Positions 11,725 through 20,517 of a stretch of DNA of 64,000 nt are shown here, piece by piece. Position numbers and translations under genes: made by a program. The notes beneath the pieces were generated by a model that worked only from the letters and a program-made list of their open reading frames with translations, was not told the DNA's origin and ran no database searches. The first letter of the stretch is position 1, and each line of letters begins with the position of its first letter. Origin of the DNA: Desulfuromonadales bacterium (lineage in GTDB: Bacteria; Desulfobacterota; Desulfuromonadia; Desulfuromonadales; BM103); NCBI GenBank assembly GCA_023701265.1, contig JAMPXI010000001.1:12890-76889 (forward strand), written 5' to 3'.

Positions 11725-12033
11725 ATGCAACCGTCTCCCACCCCGACCCTCACCGGCAAACAGGCCCGCTTCCTGCGCGGGCTCGGCCATGCCCTGCGTC
11801 CTGCCGTCATGATCGGGCGCCAGGAATTGACCGATGCCGTCCGCATTTCGCTCGACGAGTCGCTGACCGCCCATGAACTGGTCAAGGTCAAGCTCCAGGA
11901 AGGCTGCCTGCTGGACCGCCGTGAAGCCGCCGAAAAACTGGCCGCCGCCACCGGGGCCGCCGTGGCGCAGGTTCTTGGCAAAACCATTCTGCTATACCGC
12001 CCCAGCGACAAGAAGCTCATCTCCCTGCCGTAA
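11725..12033 (+). CDS. yhbY: RNA-binding protein YhbY (CRM domain)
   Basis: 102-aa ORF. LTGKQARFLRGLGHALRPAVMIGRQELTDAV...ELVKVKL matches the YhbY/CRS1 family pattern. Confidence 0.8.
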   Translation: MQPSPTPTLTGKQARFLRGLGHALRPAVMIGRQELTDAVRISLDESLTAHELVKVKLQEGCLLDRREAAEKLAAATGAAVAQVLGKTILLYRPSDKKLISLP

Positions 12034-12050
12034 AAAGCTCTATCGGCATA

Positions 12051-12130
12051 AAACCCGTGGTCAGTAATCAGTGACCCGTCGCGCATCGCGGAACGGTTGT
12101 AACTGATCACTGATCACACGTCACGGGTTT
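12051..12130. repeat. REP-like palindrome, second copy of the ATCAsTGAT/GATC family
   Basis: Outer arms are AAACCCGTG (12051-12059) and CACGGGTTT (12122-12130). Inner arms are GTCAGTAATCAGTGA and AACTGATCACTGATCAC. It shares AACTGATCACTGAT with the element at 459-526. It lies between the convergent yhbY and dgt genes. Confidence 0.6.
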
Positions 12131-12139
12131 ATTCTGCTT

Positions 12140-13273
12140 TCAAACCCGCTCGTACGGGTCAAACAGCCGCTTGTATTCATCCAGCGCGTAACGGTCGGTC
12201 ATGCCGGCAATGTAGTCGCAGATGACCCGCTCGCGGCCGTGCTCCGCAAACTTGGCCTGGTAGGCAAACGGCAGGAGTACGGGAGAAGTACAATAGCTCT
12301 CGAAAAGCATTGTCAAAAAGCGCTCCGCCTTAATGCGCATCCGCTCAACCTTGTAGTGGTGGTAAAGCTTGTCGCGCAGGAAGCGTTTGAGCTCCCGATT
12401 CATTGCGGCGACTTCCGGACTGAACCCTACCAGGGTGACGGGATGAACGCGGACATCCTCGAGAGTATTGATTCCCGCCGCCCGTATGCGCCCCGATGTC
12501 TCCGCAACCAGGTCGAGGATCAGGAAACCGATCAGGTGGCTGATGGTCTGGTAGATCAGACGTTCGCCCTTCAGATCCGGATATTTTCTGGTGACCATCT
12601 GCATGGTCTCGGCCCAGAGTTCGACGGTATGCAATTCGTCGGAGTCGATGAAGCCGGCCTTGAGCCCGTCGTCGATATCGTGGTTGTTGTAGGCGATCTC
12701 GTCGGCAAGATCGATGATCTGCGCTTCGAGCGTCGGGCGCTGATCGAAAAGATATCCAACCAGGCCATCCTGTTCGGGGCAATCATAGTCGGATGAATGT
12801 TTGATGATCCCTTCGCGGGTCTCCCAGGTCAGGTTGAGACCGTTGAAACCGGGGTAACGCTCCTCAAGGTGCTCGACGATCCGCAATGACTGGCGGTTGT
12901 GCTCAAATCCCCCGTATGGCGTCATCAGCCGGTCCAGCACTTCTTCGCCGGTATGGCCGAACGGCGTGTGGCCCAGATCATGCGCCAGGGCCAGGGCTTC
13001 GACAAGATCTTCGTTCAGGCGCAAGCGTCGGGCAATTCCCCGCCCGATCTGGGCGACTTCCAGGGAATGGGTCAGACGCGTGCGGTAATAGTCCCCCTCG
13101 TGGTTGACGAAGACCTGGGTCTTGTACTCCAGGCGTCGAAACGCGGCGCAATGAATGATCCGGTCCCGGTCCCGTTCATAAGCCGGACGATCGTCCTTGA
13201 ACACCTCATTATGCTGCCGGCCGCGCGAGCGATCACTGCGTGCCGCGTAATCCGCCAGATCGGTCCGTTCCAT
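12140..13273 (-). CDS. dgt: dGTP triphosphohydrolase-like HD-domain protein
   Basis: 377-aa ORF with HD motifs RLTHSLEVAQIG and AHDLGHTPFGH. The C-terminus DYIAGMTDRYA is typical of the dGTPase family. Confidence 0.88.
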   Translation of the reverse strand: MERTDLADYAARSDRSRGRQHNEVFKDDRPAYERDRDRIIHCAAFRRLEYKTQVFVNHEGDYYRTRLTHSLEVAQIGRGIARRLRLNEDLVEALALAHDLGHTPFGHTGEEVLDRLMTPYGGFEHNRQSLRIVEHLEERYPGFNGLNLTWETREGIIKHSSDYDCPEQDGLVGYLFDQRPTLEAQIIDLADEIAYNNHDIDDGLKAGFIDSDELHTVELWAETMQMVTRKYPDLKGERLIYQTISHLIGFLILDLVAETSGRIRAAGINTLEDVRVHPVTLVGFSPEVAAMNRELKRFLRDKLYHHYKVERMRIKAERFLTMLFESYCTSPVLLPFAYQAKFAEHGRERVICDYIAGMTDRYALDEYKRLFDPYERV

Positions 13274-13419
13274 TGCTGCCTCCGTTTTTTTATGCTGTCA
13301 TTAAAACCTTAGCGACAGGAACTGTCAAGCTTGGCATGCTTGACGATCAAAACCAAATGTGCTAGCGTTTTCGCTATGTTATGCTATTTCCTTAGTGCCG
13401 GTAGCCAAGAGGATGACAA

Positions 13420-13992
13420 ATGAGAGTTATTGGTGGCACAGCCCGGGGACGCCGGCTTGCCTCCTTCGCCGGCCGAAATATACGACCGACTCCCGATCGG
13501 GTCAGGGAAGCGCTGTTCAATATTCTTTACAGCCGCTGCGGAGCATTGAGCGGTTGTAAGGTGCTGGACCTGTTCGCCGGCAGCGGGGCCTTGGGGATCG
13601 AGGCTTTGAGTCGCGGCGCCGACCATGCCTGGTTTGCGGACAGTTCCCGCGAATCGGTCGGCATCCTTCGGGAGAATCTGGAGCGGTGTGGGTTTTCCGC
13701 CAAGGCCACAGTGGTCATCCGGGATATTTTGGGTGCATTGCCGATGGTCGCCGGAGCCGGACCGTTCGACGTCATTTTTGCCGATCCACCCTACAGCAGC
13801 GATCATGCTGCAAAGCTGCTGAATGAAATTGACCGGCACCGGTTGCTGGGCAGCGCAGGTGTGCTGTGCCTGGAAACAGCGGTCTCTGACCCGGCTCCAT
13901 CACAAACCGGAACGCTGGCGCTTTTCGATCAAAGACGTTACGGATCGACTATGATACACTTCTACCACCTCCACAGCGAGGAGCAGGCATGA
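13420..13992 (+). CDS. rsmD: 16S rRNA (guanine966-N2)-methyltransferase
   Basis: 190-aa ORF with [31 protein letters not shown] and the DPPY motif. It overlaps coaD by 4 nt (ATGA). Confidence 0.88.
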   Translation: MRVIGGTARGRRLASFAGRNIRPTPDRVREALFNILYSRCGALSGCKVLDLFAGSGALGIEALSRGADHAWFADSSRESVGILRENLERCGFSAKATVVIRDILGALPMVAGAGPFDVIFADPPYSSDHAAKLLNEIDRHRLLGSAGVLCLETAVSDPAPSQTGTLALFDQRRYGSTMIHFYHLHSEEQA

Positions 13993-14480
13993 GCCAGAAA
14001 CGAATTGCCGTTTATCCCGGATCCTTTGACCCGATCACCTACGGGCACCTCGATATCATCGAGCGGGGACTGGAAGTCTTCGATGAGATTGTTATTGCCG
14101 TGGCGAACAACATCGAGAAAAAAGGGTTGTTTACCACGGACGAACGGATTGCGCTGATTCGCGAAGCCGTTGGCGACAATCCACGGCTGCGGGTCGGTAC
14201 CTTCGAGGGACTGCTGGTCGATTATGTGCTTGCCCAGGGAGCGCGGGTGATCCTGCGCGGATTAAGGGCCGTTTCCGACTTTGAATACGAATTCCAGATC
14301 GCCCAGATGAACCACAACCTGCGCCGTGAAGTCGAAACCCTGTTCATGATGACTTCGGTTCCCTACGGCTACCTCAGCTCCTCGATCGTCAAGGAAGTGG
14401 CTTCACTCAATGGCCCGGTGGAGTCACTGGTGCCGCCGGCGGTTCACCAGGCCCTGATTGACAAATTTCCCCGCCACTGA
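13989..14480 (+). CDS. coaD: phosphopantetheine adenylyltransferase
   Basis: 163-aa [19 protein letters not shown] is the nucleotidyltransferase signature, and SSSIVKE lies near the C-terminus. Confidence 0.95.
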   Translation: MSQKRIAVYPGSFDPITYGHLDIIERGLEVFDEIVIAVANNIEKKGLFTTDERIALIREAVGDNPRLRVGTFEGLLVDYVLAQGARVILRGLRAVSDFEYEFQIAQMNHNLRREVETLFMMTSVPYGYLSSSIVKEVASLNGPVESLVPPAVHQALIDKFPRH

Positions 14481-14499
14481 CAACTGCCGGGAGGCGCCC

Positions 14500-14694
14500 A
14501 TGATTACCCGCGACATGACCATTGCCGACATTCTCTCCCGCTATCCGCAGACCCTCGCGGTCTTCCGTGAATTCGGTCTTTCCTGCCAGGAGTGCCAGAT
14601 TGCCGATTTCGAAGAGGTCGAACACGGTGCCGGCGTGCACCACATCGATATCGAGGTCTTGCTGAAGGAGTTGAACCGGGCTGCCGGTCTTTAG
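14500..14694 (+). CDS. DUF1858 domain protein (hybrid-cluster-protein-associated redox disulfide family)
   Basis: Track ORF trimmed to ATG 14500, with GGGAGG 6 nt upstream. It encodes 64 aa. The sequence MTIADILSRYPQTLAVFREFGLSCQEC follows the DUF1858 pattern. Confidence 0.65.
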   Translation: MITRDMTIADILSRYPQTLAVFREFGLSCQECQIADFEEVEHGAGVHHIDIEVLLKELNRAAGL

Positions 14695-14741
14695 CAGAAA
14701 CAACTGCCATCGACCTGCTGCGGCAGTTATGCAACGGCCGG

Positions 14742-15464
14742 TCAGTTAATGTCCGACTCCTCGAGTTCCTCCACCAGGCGTCCCAACGCCGACACCACCA
14801 GCGCTTCCAGCTGCCGCCCCTTCTCGGCACTGGCCTTGGCCGGATCGCCGGCAACGCCCCCCGGCCAGCAGCGTCGCTTGTCTCTGACCAGAATAAAGGC
14901 CGGGAAACACGATCGCTCCGCCGCTGCCGTTCCCTTGACCATCCGCGGCCGTGTTGCCAGCATGCGTGACGTTTCGATCTCGCCGGCATGACTGTCGCCG
15001 GGCGTTTCGATCAGCCCCTTCCCAGCCTCAAAGGCCAGCGCATATTCCGATGCCACGGCAATCCGCAACTCCGGGAGTTCCCGCAACAAGACTTCCCCGG
15101 CATCGAGCAGCGCGGCATTATGCGTGCCGCCGGCGTGGCCGGAGAGGATTACCACATTGCGTAACCCTTGCCGATAGAGTGACCTGACCAGATCGATAGC
15201 CAGCGCCTTCAGTGTTTCGGTGGTCAGGGAGATCGTTCCTGGATGGTCGCCGGTCGATCGGCAAACCCCATAAGGGACCGCCGGGGCAACGAAAACCTTG
15301 CGCTGCCCCGCCAACAGTCGGCAGACGTCCGCAGCCTCGAAGGTATCTGTCCCAAGCGGCAGATGCGGTCCATGCTCCTCGGTCGCACCGAACGGGATCA
15401 GCACCGTTTGCGTTTCAGCCAGCCCGGCGATGAACTCGGGCATGGTTATCTCTTCAATCAGCAT
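14742..15464 (-). CDS. creatininase-family amidohydrolase
   Basis: 240-aa ORF. The N-terminal IPFGATEEHGPHLPLGTD and SGHAGG motifs are characteristic of the creatininase / formamide hydrolase family. Confidence 0.75.
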   Translation of the reverse strand: MLIEEITMPEFIAGLAETQTVLIPFGATEEHGPHLPLGTDTFEAADVCRLLAGQRKVFVAPAVPYGVCRSTGDHPGTISLTTETLKALAIDLVRSLYRQGLRNVVILSGHAGGTHNAALLDAGEVLLRELPELRIAVASEYALAFEAGKGLIETPGDSHAGEIETSRMLATRPRMVKGTAAAERSCFPAFILVRDKRRCWPGGVAGDPAKASAEKGRQLEALVVSALGRLVEELEESDIN

Positions 15465-15515
15465 GGGCTGCTCCAGAAATGCGAAGGGCGGCTACCGCCG
15501 CCCTTCCGGATAAAT

Positions 15516-16472
15516 TTAGAACCGGATCTGCAATCCCAGCATGGCCGTGTGCTGCTCGACATCGAAGTCGGAATGGGAAACCGGCAGCAGATATCTGTAG
15601 CCGAGATCGACGGCGACCTGCGATGAAACGGCCATCAGCAAACCTGCGGCGAATTGTGCAACCCCCACATCGTCGTGCTCGCCGACATTATCCAGCTCGG
15701 CGCGCGCATAGCCAGCCCCGGCGCCCAGATAAGGGGTCAAGGGACCGCCGGTGGCAAGATCGACGTACCCGTTGACCAATACAGTTGAGACCTTCAAATC
15801 CTCATTGGCATCGATGTCGCCGACGCTCGTTTCAAACTTGTCACCATCGCTCTCGCGATGGCTGGCTTCGACCTCAAGGCGAACCGGACCGAAATCGTAG
15901 CCGACTGCCACCCCTATCCCATAGCCATCGTCGATACTCATATCGACGGAATTGTTGATTTCGATATCGTTAGTGATAACCAAGCCACCCCAGACCGCCA
16001 GGTATGGCCCCTTGACGGCCTCAGCAGAGGGTGACCCATCCGAGGCTGAAGAACAGGTTTTTCTCAGGGCGACGGGCTCGGTTTTCGGCGCGGGGGCCGC
16101 AGGTGGATTGATGCTGGCCGGAGCTGCTGAAGCTGCAGCAGGAGTGGCCGTTGGCTTGACGCTGACCGGTGCTGCCGGAGCCGCGGCAGACACAGGGACC
16201 GGCTTGACGCTGGCCGGTGTCATCGGCGCAGCAGCAGGAGCAACAGCAGGGGCAGACGGCTGCCTGGTCGGAGCTGACGCTTCGGGTTGTTGCGCAACGG
16301 ACTCGCTGGCGGCGGCTTTGTCCAGATTCGGGTTTTCACAGACCGCCGGATTGATATAGCCCGGATAGTCCCGATAAACCTTGGCCATCTGGATCTCTTC
16401 TGCGCAGACGGGTGCCGCAACCAACAATGAAATGAACGATAAAACAGCAGAAACAACCAAGATCGTGCGCAT
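15516..16472 (-). CDS. outer-membrane beta-barrel protein with Ala/Pro-rich periplasmic linker
   Basis: 318-aa ORF with signal peptide MRTILVVSAVLSFISLLVAAPVCA, a low-complexity A/P region with (P)VSVKP repeats, alternating beta-strand pattern, and an aromatic C-terminus (...LGLQIRF). Confidence 0.75.
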   Translation of the reverse strand: MRTILVVSAVLSFISLLVAAPVCAEEIQMAKVYRDYPGYINPAVCENPNLDKAAASESVAQQPEASAPTRQPSAPAVAPAAAPMTPASVKPVPVSAAAPAAPVSVKPTATPAAASAAPASINPPAAPAPKTEPVALRKTCSSASDGSPSAEAVKGPYLAVWGGLVITNDIEINNSVDMSIDDGYGIGVAVGYDFGPVRLEVEASHRESDGDKFETSVGDIDANEDLKVSTVLVNGYVDLATGGPLTPYLGAGAGYARAELDNVGEHDDVGVAQFAAGLLMAVSSQVAVDLGYRYLLPVSHSDFDVEQHTAMLGLQIRF

Positions 16473-16559
16473 GAGCGACCCCCTTGAGTGATAATGACAG
16501 AAGATAATTATCGTTAAAATTAACTGAACTGGCAGAGGAAGTCAAAAAAAACCGCGCTG

Positions 16560-17285
16560 TTATCGGATCGACAGAAGCGGATGCATCTGTGGAATGACCA
16601 GTGAGGCGGGATGTTCACAAGCCGCGGCACTCTGCAGGGAGAGCAGAGGTCTGCCGGTCACCGATGGACGACCGGCAACTGTTTTCGGCTGGAGGATCAG
16701 CGGGACCTGCGGCGCATGATGATGAACAAAGCGGGCTGCTTCAGCCACCTCATCTGCGGTCGTCTGCGGATCGATGACGACTTTGACCTGGCAGGCCTTG
16801 GGACGGGAAAGGATCAGGAAGGCCGCATGCGCATCCCATGGCGTCGGCACGCCACCGGTTCCGGCAAGCTTGATGTCCATGGATACCCAGGAAATATAGG
16901 GAAGAAGCCGTTCCAGAGGTTCCGGCAGGGTGCCGTTGGTTTCCAGGTAAACCGGGAGAATGCCACAAACAAGGGGAAGCCATTCGGCAAGGGCCGCCCC
17001 TTGAACCAGCGGTTCGCCACCGGTCAGCGCCAGCGAATGATGCCGGGTGTGCGACTGCCACCTGCCGATCAGTTCCGTCAGAAAAGCTGGATCCGCTGGA
17101 TTGGGATATTCGCGTCGCCCCGCCCCACCCGGCTCATCTTCGGCAGACCAGGTCGCGGAATCAGCATAATCGGTGTCGCAGTAGGCGCAGGACAGGTTGC
17201 ATTGGGACAGGCGCACAAAAAGTTGCCGGCAACCAATCAGCACCCCCTCCCCCTGCAGGGACGAGAAGACTTCCTTCAGGCGCAA
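16560..17285 (-). CDS. queE: 7-carboxy-7-deazaguanine synthase (radical SAM)
   Basis: Motifs are EVFSSLQGEGVLIG and the cluster motif CNLSCAYCDT. The track ORF (to 17375) overlaps queD by 89 nt. I prefer TTG 17285, 1 nt after the queD TGA. The start is uncertain. Confidence 0.82.
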   Translation of the reverse strand: MRLKEVFSSLQGEGVLIGCRQLFVRLSQCNLSCAYCDTDYADSATWSAEDEPGGAGRREYPNPADPAFLTELIGRWQSHTRHHSLALTGGEPLVQGAALAEWLPLVCGILPVYLETNGTLPEPLERLLPYISWVSMDIKLAGTGGVPTPWDAHAAFLILSRPKACQVKVVIDPQTTADEVAEAARFVHHHAPQVPLILQPKTVAGRPSVTGRPLLSLQSAAACEHPASLVIPQMHPLLSIR

Positions 17286-17286
17286 T

Positions 17287-17658
17287 TCAGTCCCGGGTGT
17301 AGCTGGCACAGGCGTATTCCGATTCCCAGACGGTGACGCGTTCGAGACGAACATTGTCGTTATCAAGCTGCGCACTCAGCCGGTCGAACAGATAACGGGC
17401 AATCTGTTCGGACGAGGGACTGGTATCTGCAAACGGCGTCAGGTCATTGAGATACTTGTGGTCCAATTCTCCCAGCAACTCCTTGGTGTGCCGCTTGAGA
17501 ATCTTGAAGTCGATTCCCAGCCCTGCCGTATCCAATTCCCGGGCGGCGACAGTCACATCGACATTCCAGTTGTGACCATGCAGGTTCTCGCAATCGCCCT
17601 GGTAGTTGATCAGGCGATGGGCTGCGGAAAAGTGCGTCCTTATAGTGAGGTTATACAT
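17287..17658 (-). CDS. queD: 6-carboxy-5,6,7,8-tetrahydropterin synthase
   Basis: 123-aa ORF with FSAAHRL and CENLHGHNW zinc and catalytic motifs. Confidence 0.9.
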   Translation of the reverse strand: MYNLTIRTHFSAAHRLINYQGDCENLHGHNWNVDVTVAARELDTAGLGIDFKILKRHTKELLGELDHKYLNDLTPFADTSPSSEQIARYLFDRLSAQLDNDNVRLERVTVWESEYACASYTRD

Positions 17659-17675
17659 TAGGTTAAAATCTCCAA

Positions 17676-17870
17676 CTATCCGTTTTCGTTGTTATCTATA
17701 TCTTGATCATTTCCCACGGAAGTGTCGCTTGCAGGAATCCGGTAACTCCCATCGACCCAGTCGCCAAGGTCGATCAACCGGCAGCGTTCGGAACAGAACG
17801 GGCGGAAATCATTGCCTTCCCACACAGTAGGCCGATGACACTGCGGACAGTTCAACCCGGTAATCGCCAT
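17676..17870 (-). CDS. yacG: DNA gyrase inhibitor YacG (zinc finger)
   Basis: CPQC...FCSERCRLIDLGDWVDGSYRIP matches the YacG pattern. I prefer ATG 17870 with an upstream GAGGGAG. The track uses TTG 17879. Confidence 0.8.
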   Translation of the reverse strand: MAITGLNCPQCHRPTVWEGNDFRPFCSERCRLIDLGDWVDGSYRIPASDTSVGNDQDIDNNENG

Positions 17871-17933
17871 CGTTGTCAACTCCCTCGTTTCGCGTCATCG
17901 TACCATGCCGCGAATGTGCTCACAAGGCGCGGG

Positions 17934-17968
17934 AAAACAAAGGGGCCGGCATTGAGCCGGCCCCTTTG
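17934..17968 (-). terminator. intrinsic terminator after the cytochrome gene
   Basis: The minus strand reads CAAAGGGGCCGGC-TCAAT-GCCGGCCCCTTTG, a 13-bp perfect stem, followed by TTTT. Confidence 0.8.
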
Positions 17969-17988
17969 TCGACAAAAGTCAAGCAGGG

Positions 17989-18789
17989 TTACTTCTTCTT
18001 CGCCTTCTCTTCCTTCGGCCAGTTGTTCAAGTCGTGCGCGATGTTGTGGCACGAGCCGCATTTCGGGAACTTATCATGCATGGAGCCGTGCGGCAGACCG
18101 TGGCAGTCGCTGCAGTTCGGTACGGTCTTGTGCTTGTTGGCATGGCAGGTCACGCAGGCCAGCTGGCTGTGCTTGGCTTTGCTCGCGGTCAGCTGGGTCG
18201 TCACGCTGCCATGGCAGGCAGCGCACATCGTCGAGGCGGTCGATGCCCCATAGAGCAGTTCCTTCGGCTTGTGCGCCTTGTGACAGGTCGCGCAGTCGGC
18301 CTGGGTCATTGCCGCCGAGTGGGGCTTGTGGCAGTCGACGCAATTCGGAATCATGCCGTGCTTGTTGGCATGGCAGAAGTTGCAGGCAAAGGTCGCATGC
18401 TTGCTCGGGCTGGCGGCCATCTCCTTGCCGGGACCGGCATGACAGGTGAGACACACGTCCTTCTGCTGGCCGGAGAGGGTAACCAGCATGGGCTGGTGCG
18501 GGTTGTGGCAGCCAATGCAGCTCTTGAGTGCGTAATGGCTCTTGCCGGAATGGCAGTTGCTGCACTCCGGGATGTTCTTGGCCGACTTCGGGCGATGCCC
18601 TTCATGGCATGCCAGACAGTCGATATCCGACTTGTGCTTGCCGCCGCTGGCCTCGATCTGCGCCGGTTGCACGTCATGGCACTTGGCGCAATCGGCGATG
18701 CCGAGTTTCACTGGTTCGGCCATTGCTACGCCGGTTGCACCGAACAACAGTGCCGCGCCAGCCAGGATGACCAGAAACTTCTTCATCAT
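17989..18789 (-). CDS. dodecaheme c-type cytochrome (periplasmic)
   Basis: Track ORF trimmed to ATGATG 18789, preceded by AGGAGGAG. The signal peptide is MMKKFLVILAGAALLFGATGVAMA. There are 12 CXXCH motifs in a 266-aa precursor: CAKCH, CLACH, CSNCH, CIGCH, CLTCH, CNFCH, CVDCH, CATCH, CAACH, CVTCH, CSDCH, CGSCH. Confidence 0.9.
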   Translation of the reverse strand: MMKKFLVILAGAALLFGATGVAMAEPVKLGIADCAKCHDVQPAQIEASGGKHKSDIDCLACHEGHRPKSAKNIPECSNCHSGKSHYALKSCIGCHNPHQPMLVTLSGQQKDVCLTCHAGPGKEMAASPSKHATFACNFCHANKHGMIPNCVDCHKPHSAAMTQADCATCHKAHKPKELLYGASTASTMCAACHGSVTTQLTASKAKHSQLACVTCHANKHKTVPNCSDCHGLPHGSMHDKFPKCGSCHNIAHDLNNWPKEEKAKKK

Positions 18790-18883
18790 GTTTACTCCTC
18801 CTGAAATAAGGGATAACTGCAGACTCTCTCCACACCTTGTATGGAAGCTACGCCACTGAGGCGTCAAATAATAACAGAAAATT

Positions 18884-18911
18884 TTTATCTTTGCGATGCG
18901 GTGGGTGTCAA
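18884..18911 (-). promoter_or_regulatory. putative sigma70 promoter of the cytochrome gene
   Basis: The minus strand reads TTGACA-N16-GATAAA, about 95 nt upstream of the ATG. The -35 element is perfect and the -10 element is moderate. Confidence 0.4.
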
Positions 18912-18928
18912 CAGGAAAATACTCCCAT

Positions 18929-18964
18929 AAAAAAACAAGCTCCTCGAAGATTGTCGAGGAGCTT
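18929..18964 (-). terminator. intrinsic terminator after tRNA-Gly
   Basis: The minus strand reads AAGCTCCTCGA-CAATCT-TCGAGGAGCTT, an 11-bp stem, followed by GTTTTTTT. Confidence 0.8.
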
Positions 18965-18970
18965 GTCAAC

Positions 18971-19045
<75 letters not shown>

Positions 19046-19071
19046 CTAAATGGCGTTGTTAAGCGAAAGTG

Positions 19072-19101
19072 TTTATAACAAAACCGCTCCTGACAAGTCA
19101 A
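19072..19101 (-). promoter_or_regulatory. putative sigma70 promoter of tRNA-Gly
   Basis: The minus strand reads TTGACT-N18-TATAAA, ending about 26 nt upstream of the mature tRNA 5' end. Confidence 0.45.
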
Positions 19102-19174
19102 TATCAATTTTATCGGTGAATCGGCGCGGGGCCGGAAGCTCAGCCGAAAAGGGATAACAGGTGCCGTTCCGCCG

Positions 19175-19762
19175 TCAGCGCGCAAAGACGCGGAAGAACT
19201 TGTGAAGATAGTCGATACCCGACCAGAGTGTCAGGGCCAGGGAGATATAGAAGAGAAAGATCCCGTAGTTGTGCATGTTGACGTGCAGCAGCTCCGACTG
19301 GACGCCGAAGAACCAGTAATAATCATAGTGCAGGAGCAGGCCGGGGATGGCGGCCATCTGGTAAATCGTCTTGTATTTGCCGAGATCGCTGGCATCGATG
19401 ACGATCCCCTCCGATGAAGCGATGGAGCGCAGGCCGGTGATGATGATCTCGCGGGCCAGCAGCAGAAAGACGGCCCAGGCCGGCACGCGGCCGGATGGGA
19501 TCAACATGATCAGAGCCGCCATGACGATCAACTTGTCGGCAAGCGGATCGAGAAATTTGCCCAGGACGGTGACTACCCCCCACTTCCTGGCCAGCCAACC
19601 GTCGATGAAATCGGTGACGGCGGCCACACCGAACAGAGCCGCCGCCCAGAAACCCGCCTCGCGGGAATCCGAAAGCATGATGACGACCAGCAGAGGAATG
19701 GCGGCGACCCGGGCAAGGGTCAGCAGGTTGGGAAGATTCAGGCGGCCGGTGCGCAGATTCAT
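19175..19762 (-). CDS. pgsA: CDP-diacylglycerol--glycerol-3-phosphate 3-phosphatidyltransferase
   Basis: 195-aa ORF with the CDP-alcohol phosphatidyltransferase motif DGWLARKWGVVTVLGKFLDPLADK and multiple TM helices. Confidence 0.9.
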   Translation of the reverse strand: MNLRTGRLNLPNLLTLARVAAIPLLVVIMLSDSREAGFWAAALFGVAAVTDFIDGWLARKWGVVTVLGKFLDPLADKLIVMAALIMLIPSGRVPAWAVFLLLAREIIITGLRSIASSEGIVIDASDLGKYKTIYQMAAIPGLLLHYDYYWFFGVQSELLHVNMHNYGIFLFYISLALTLWSGIDYLHKFFRVFAR

Positions 19763-20391
19763 AAAACGGTGTCGCCGCTGCGCCGGTAATGTTCCAGGTA
19801 GCGACGCACCCGTTGCACGTAATTGCGGGTCTCTTCGTAGGGAGGGATGCCACCGTGCCGCTGAACCGCATTCGGGCCGGCATTGTAGGCGGCAAGAGCC
19901 AGATCAAGATTGCCGTTGAACTGGTCGAGCATCAGACGCAGATAATTGCTCCCGCCCCGAATATTTTCAGCGGGATTGAAGGGGTCTTCGACATTCATGA
20001 GACGAGCCGTATCCGGGATCAGCTGCATCAGCCCCTGGGCGCCCTTGTTGGAAAGTGACTGCGGGTTGTAATTGCTTTCAGCCTTGATCACCGCCTTGAC
20101 CAACGCCTCCTCGAGGCGATAGGCCCTGGCATTCTGGCGGATGATGTCGCGGTAGGAGTGGGCCAGCAACCCGTCAGGGCGGACTCGGCTCTCGCCGGGG
20201 CGGATCTCCTTGCGGTAGAACGCCCAGGAGCGCTTGTTGGGCTTTTCAGTATATTGCGGTGCATTGGTGAAATGAACCACGCCATTGGCGTCCACAGAAC
20301 GATAAATGTCAGCCCTTGCCGGTGAAATACCCAGCAAAAGCAGCATTATCGCCGAGGCCAAAACGGCTATTCCGGTTCGCACACGCATCAT
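19759..20391 (-). CDS. lytic transglycosylase (SLT domain) with DUF4124-like N-terminus
   Basis: 210-aa ORF with a signal peptide. DIYRSVDANGVVHFTN is the DUF4124 pattern. The SLT catalytic region is AESNYNPQSLSNKGAQGLMQLIP and AYNAGP. It overlaps pgsA by 4 nt. Confidence 0.8.
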   Translation of the reverse strand: MMRVRTGIAVLASAIMLLLLGISPARADIYRSVDANGVVHFTNAPQYTEKPNKRSWAFYRKEIRPGESRVRPDGLLAHSYRDIIRQNARAYRLEEALVKAVIKAESNYNPQSLSNKGAQGLMQLIPDTARLMNVEDPFNPAENIRGGSNYLRLMLDQFNGNLDLALAAYNAGPNAVQRHGGIPPYEETRNYVQRVRRYLEHYRRSGDTVL

Positions 20392-20464
20392 CGCTCAGTT
20401 CGTCCCGCTCTCTATATAACCAAAAAACTTCTGTATTTCAACTTATTTAGAGATCCCAAACAAC

Positions 20465-20493
20465 TTGACACAACCAGAATGCCCTCGGATAAT
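20465..20493 (+). promoter_or_regulatory. putative sigma70 promoter of nadB
   Basis: TTGACA-N17-GATAAT is a near-consensus promoter, 25 nt upstream of the first ATG of nadB. Confidence 0.55.
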
Positions 20494-20517
20494 GACTCAG
20501 CGTCTGTCTGTCTCTGA

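Noticed and set aside
13330-13352. Hairpin GTCAAGC-N7-GCTTGAC containing TGGCATGCTTGA, considered as a sigma54 site or operator in the dgt/rsmD divergent region
   Set aside because: The GG-to-GC spacing does not fit sigma54. A 7-bp stem alone is too weak to call, so it is left unannotated.
18790-18970. c-di-GMP / cGAMP (GEMM-I) riboswitch upstream of the multiheme cytochrome, as is common in Geobacter
   Set aside because: The roughly 95-nt leader lacks the conserved GEMM-I features (the paired P1/P2 helices with the GGCAAA-type tetraloop-receptor signature). Only a promoter-like element and an SD are evident.
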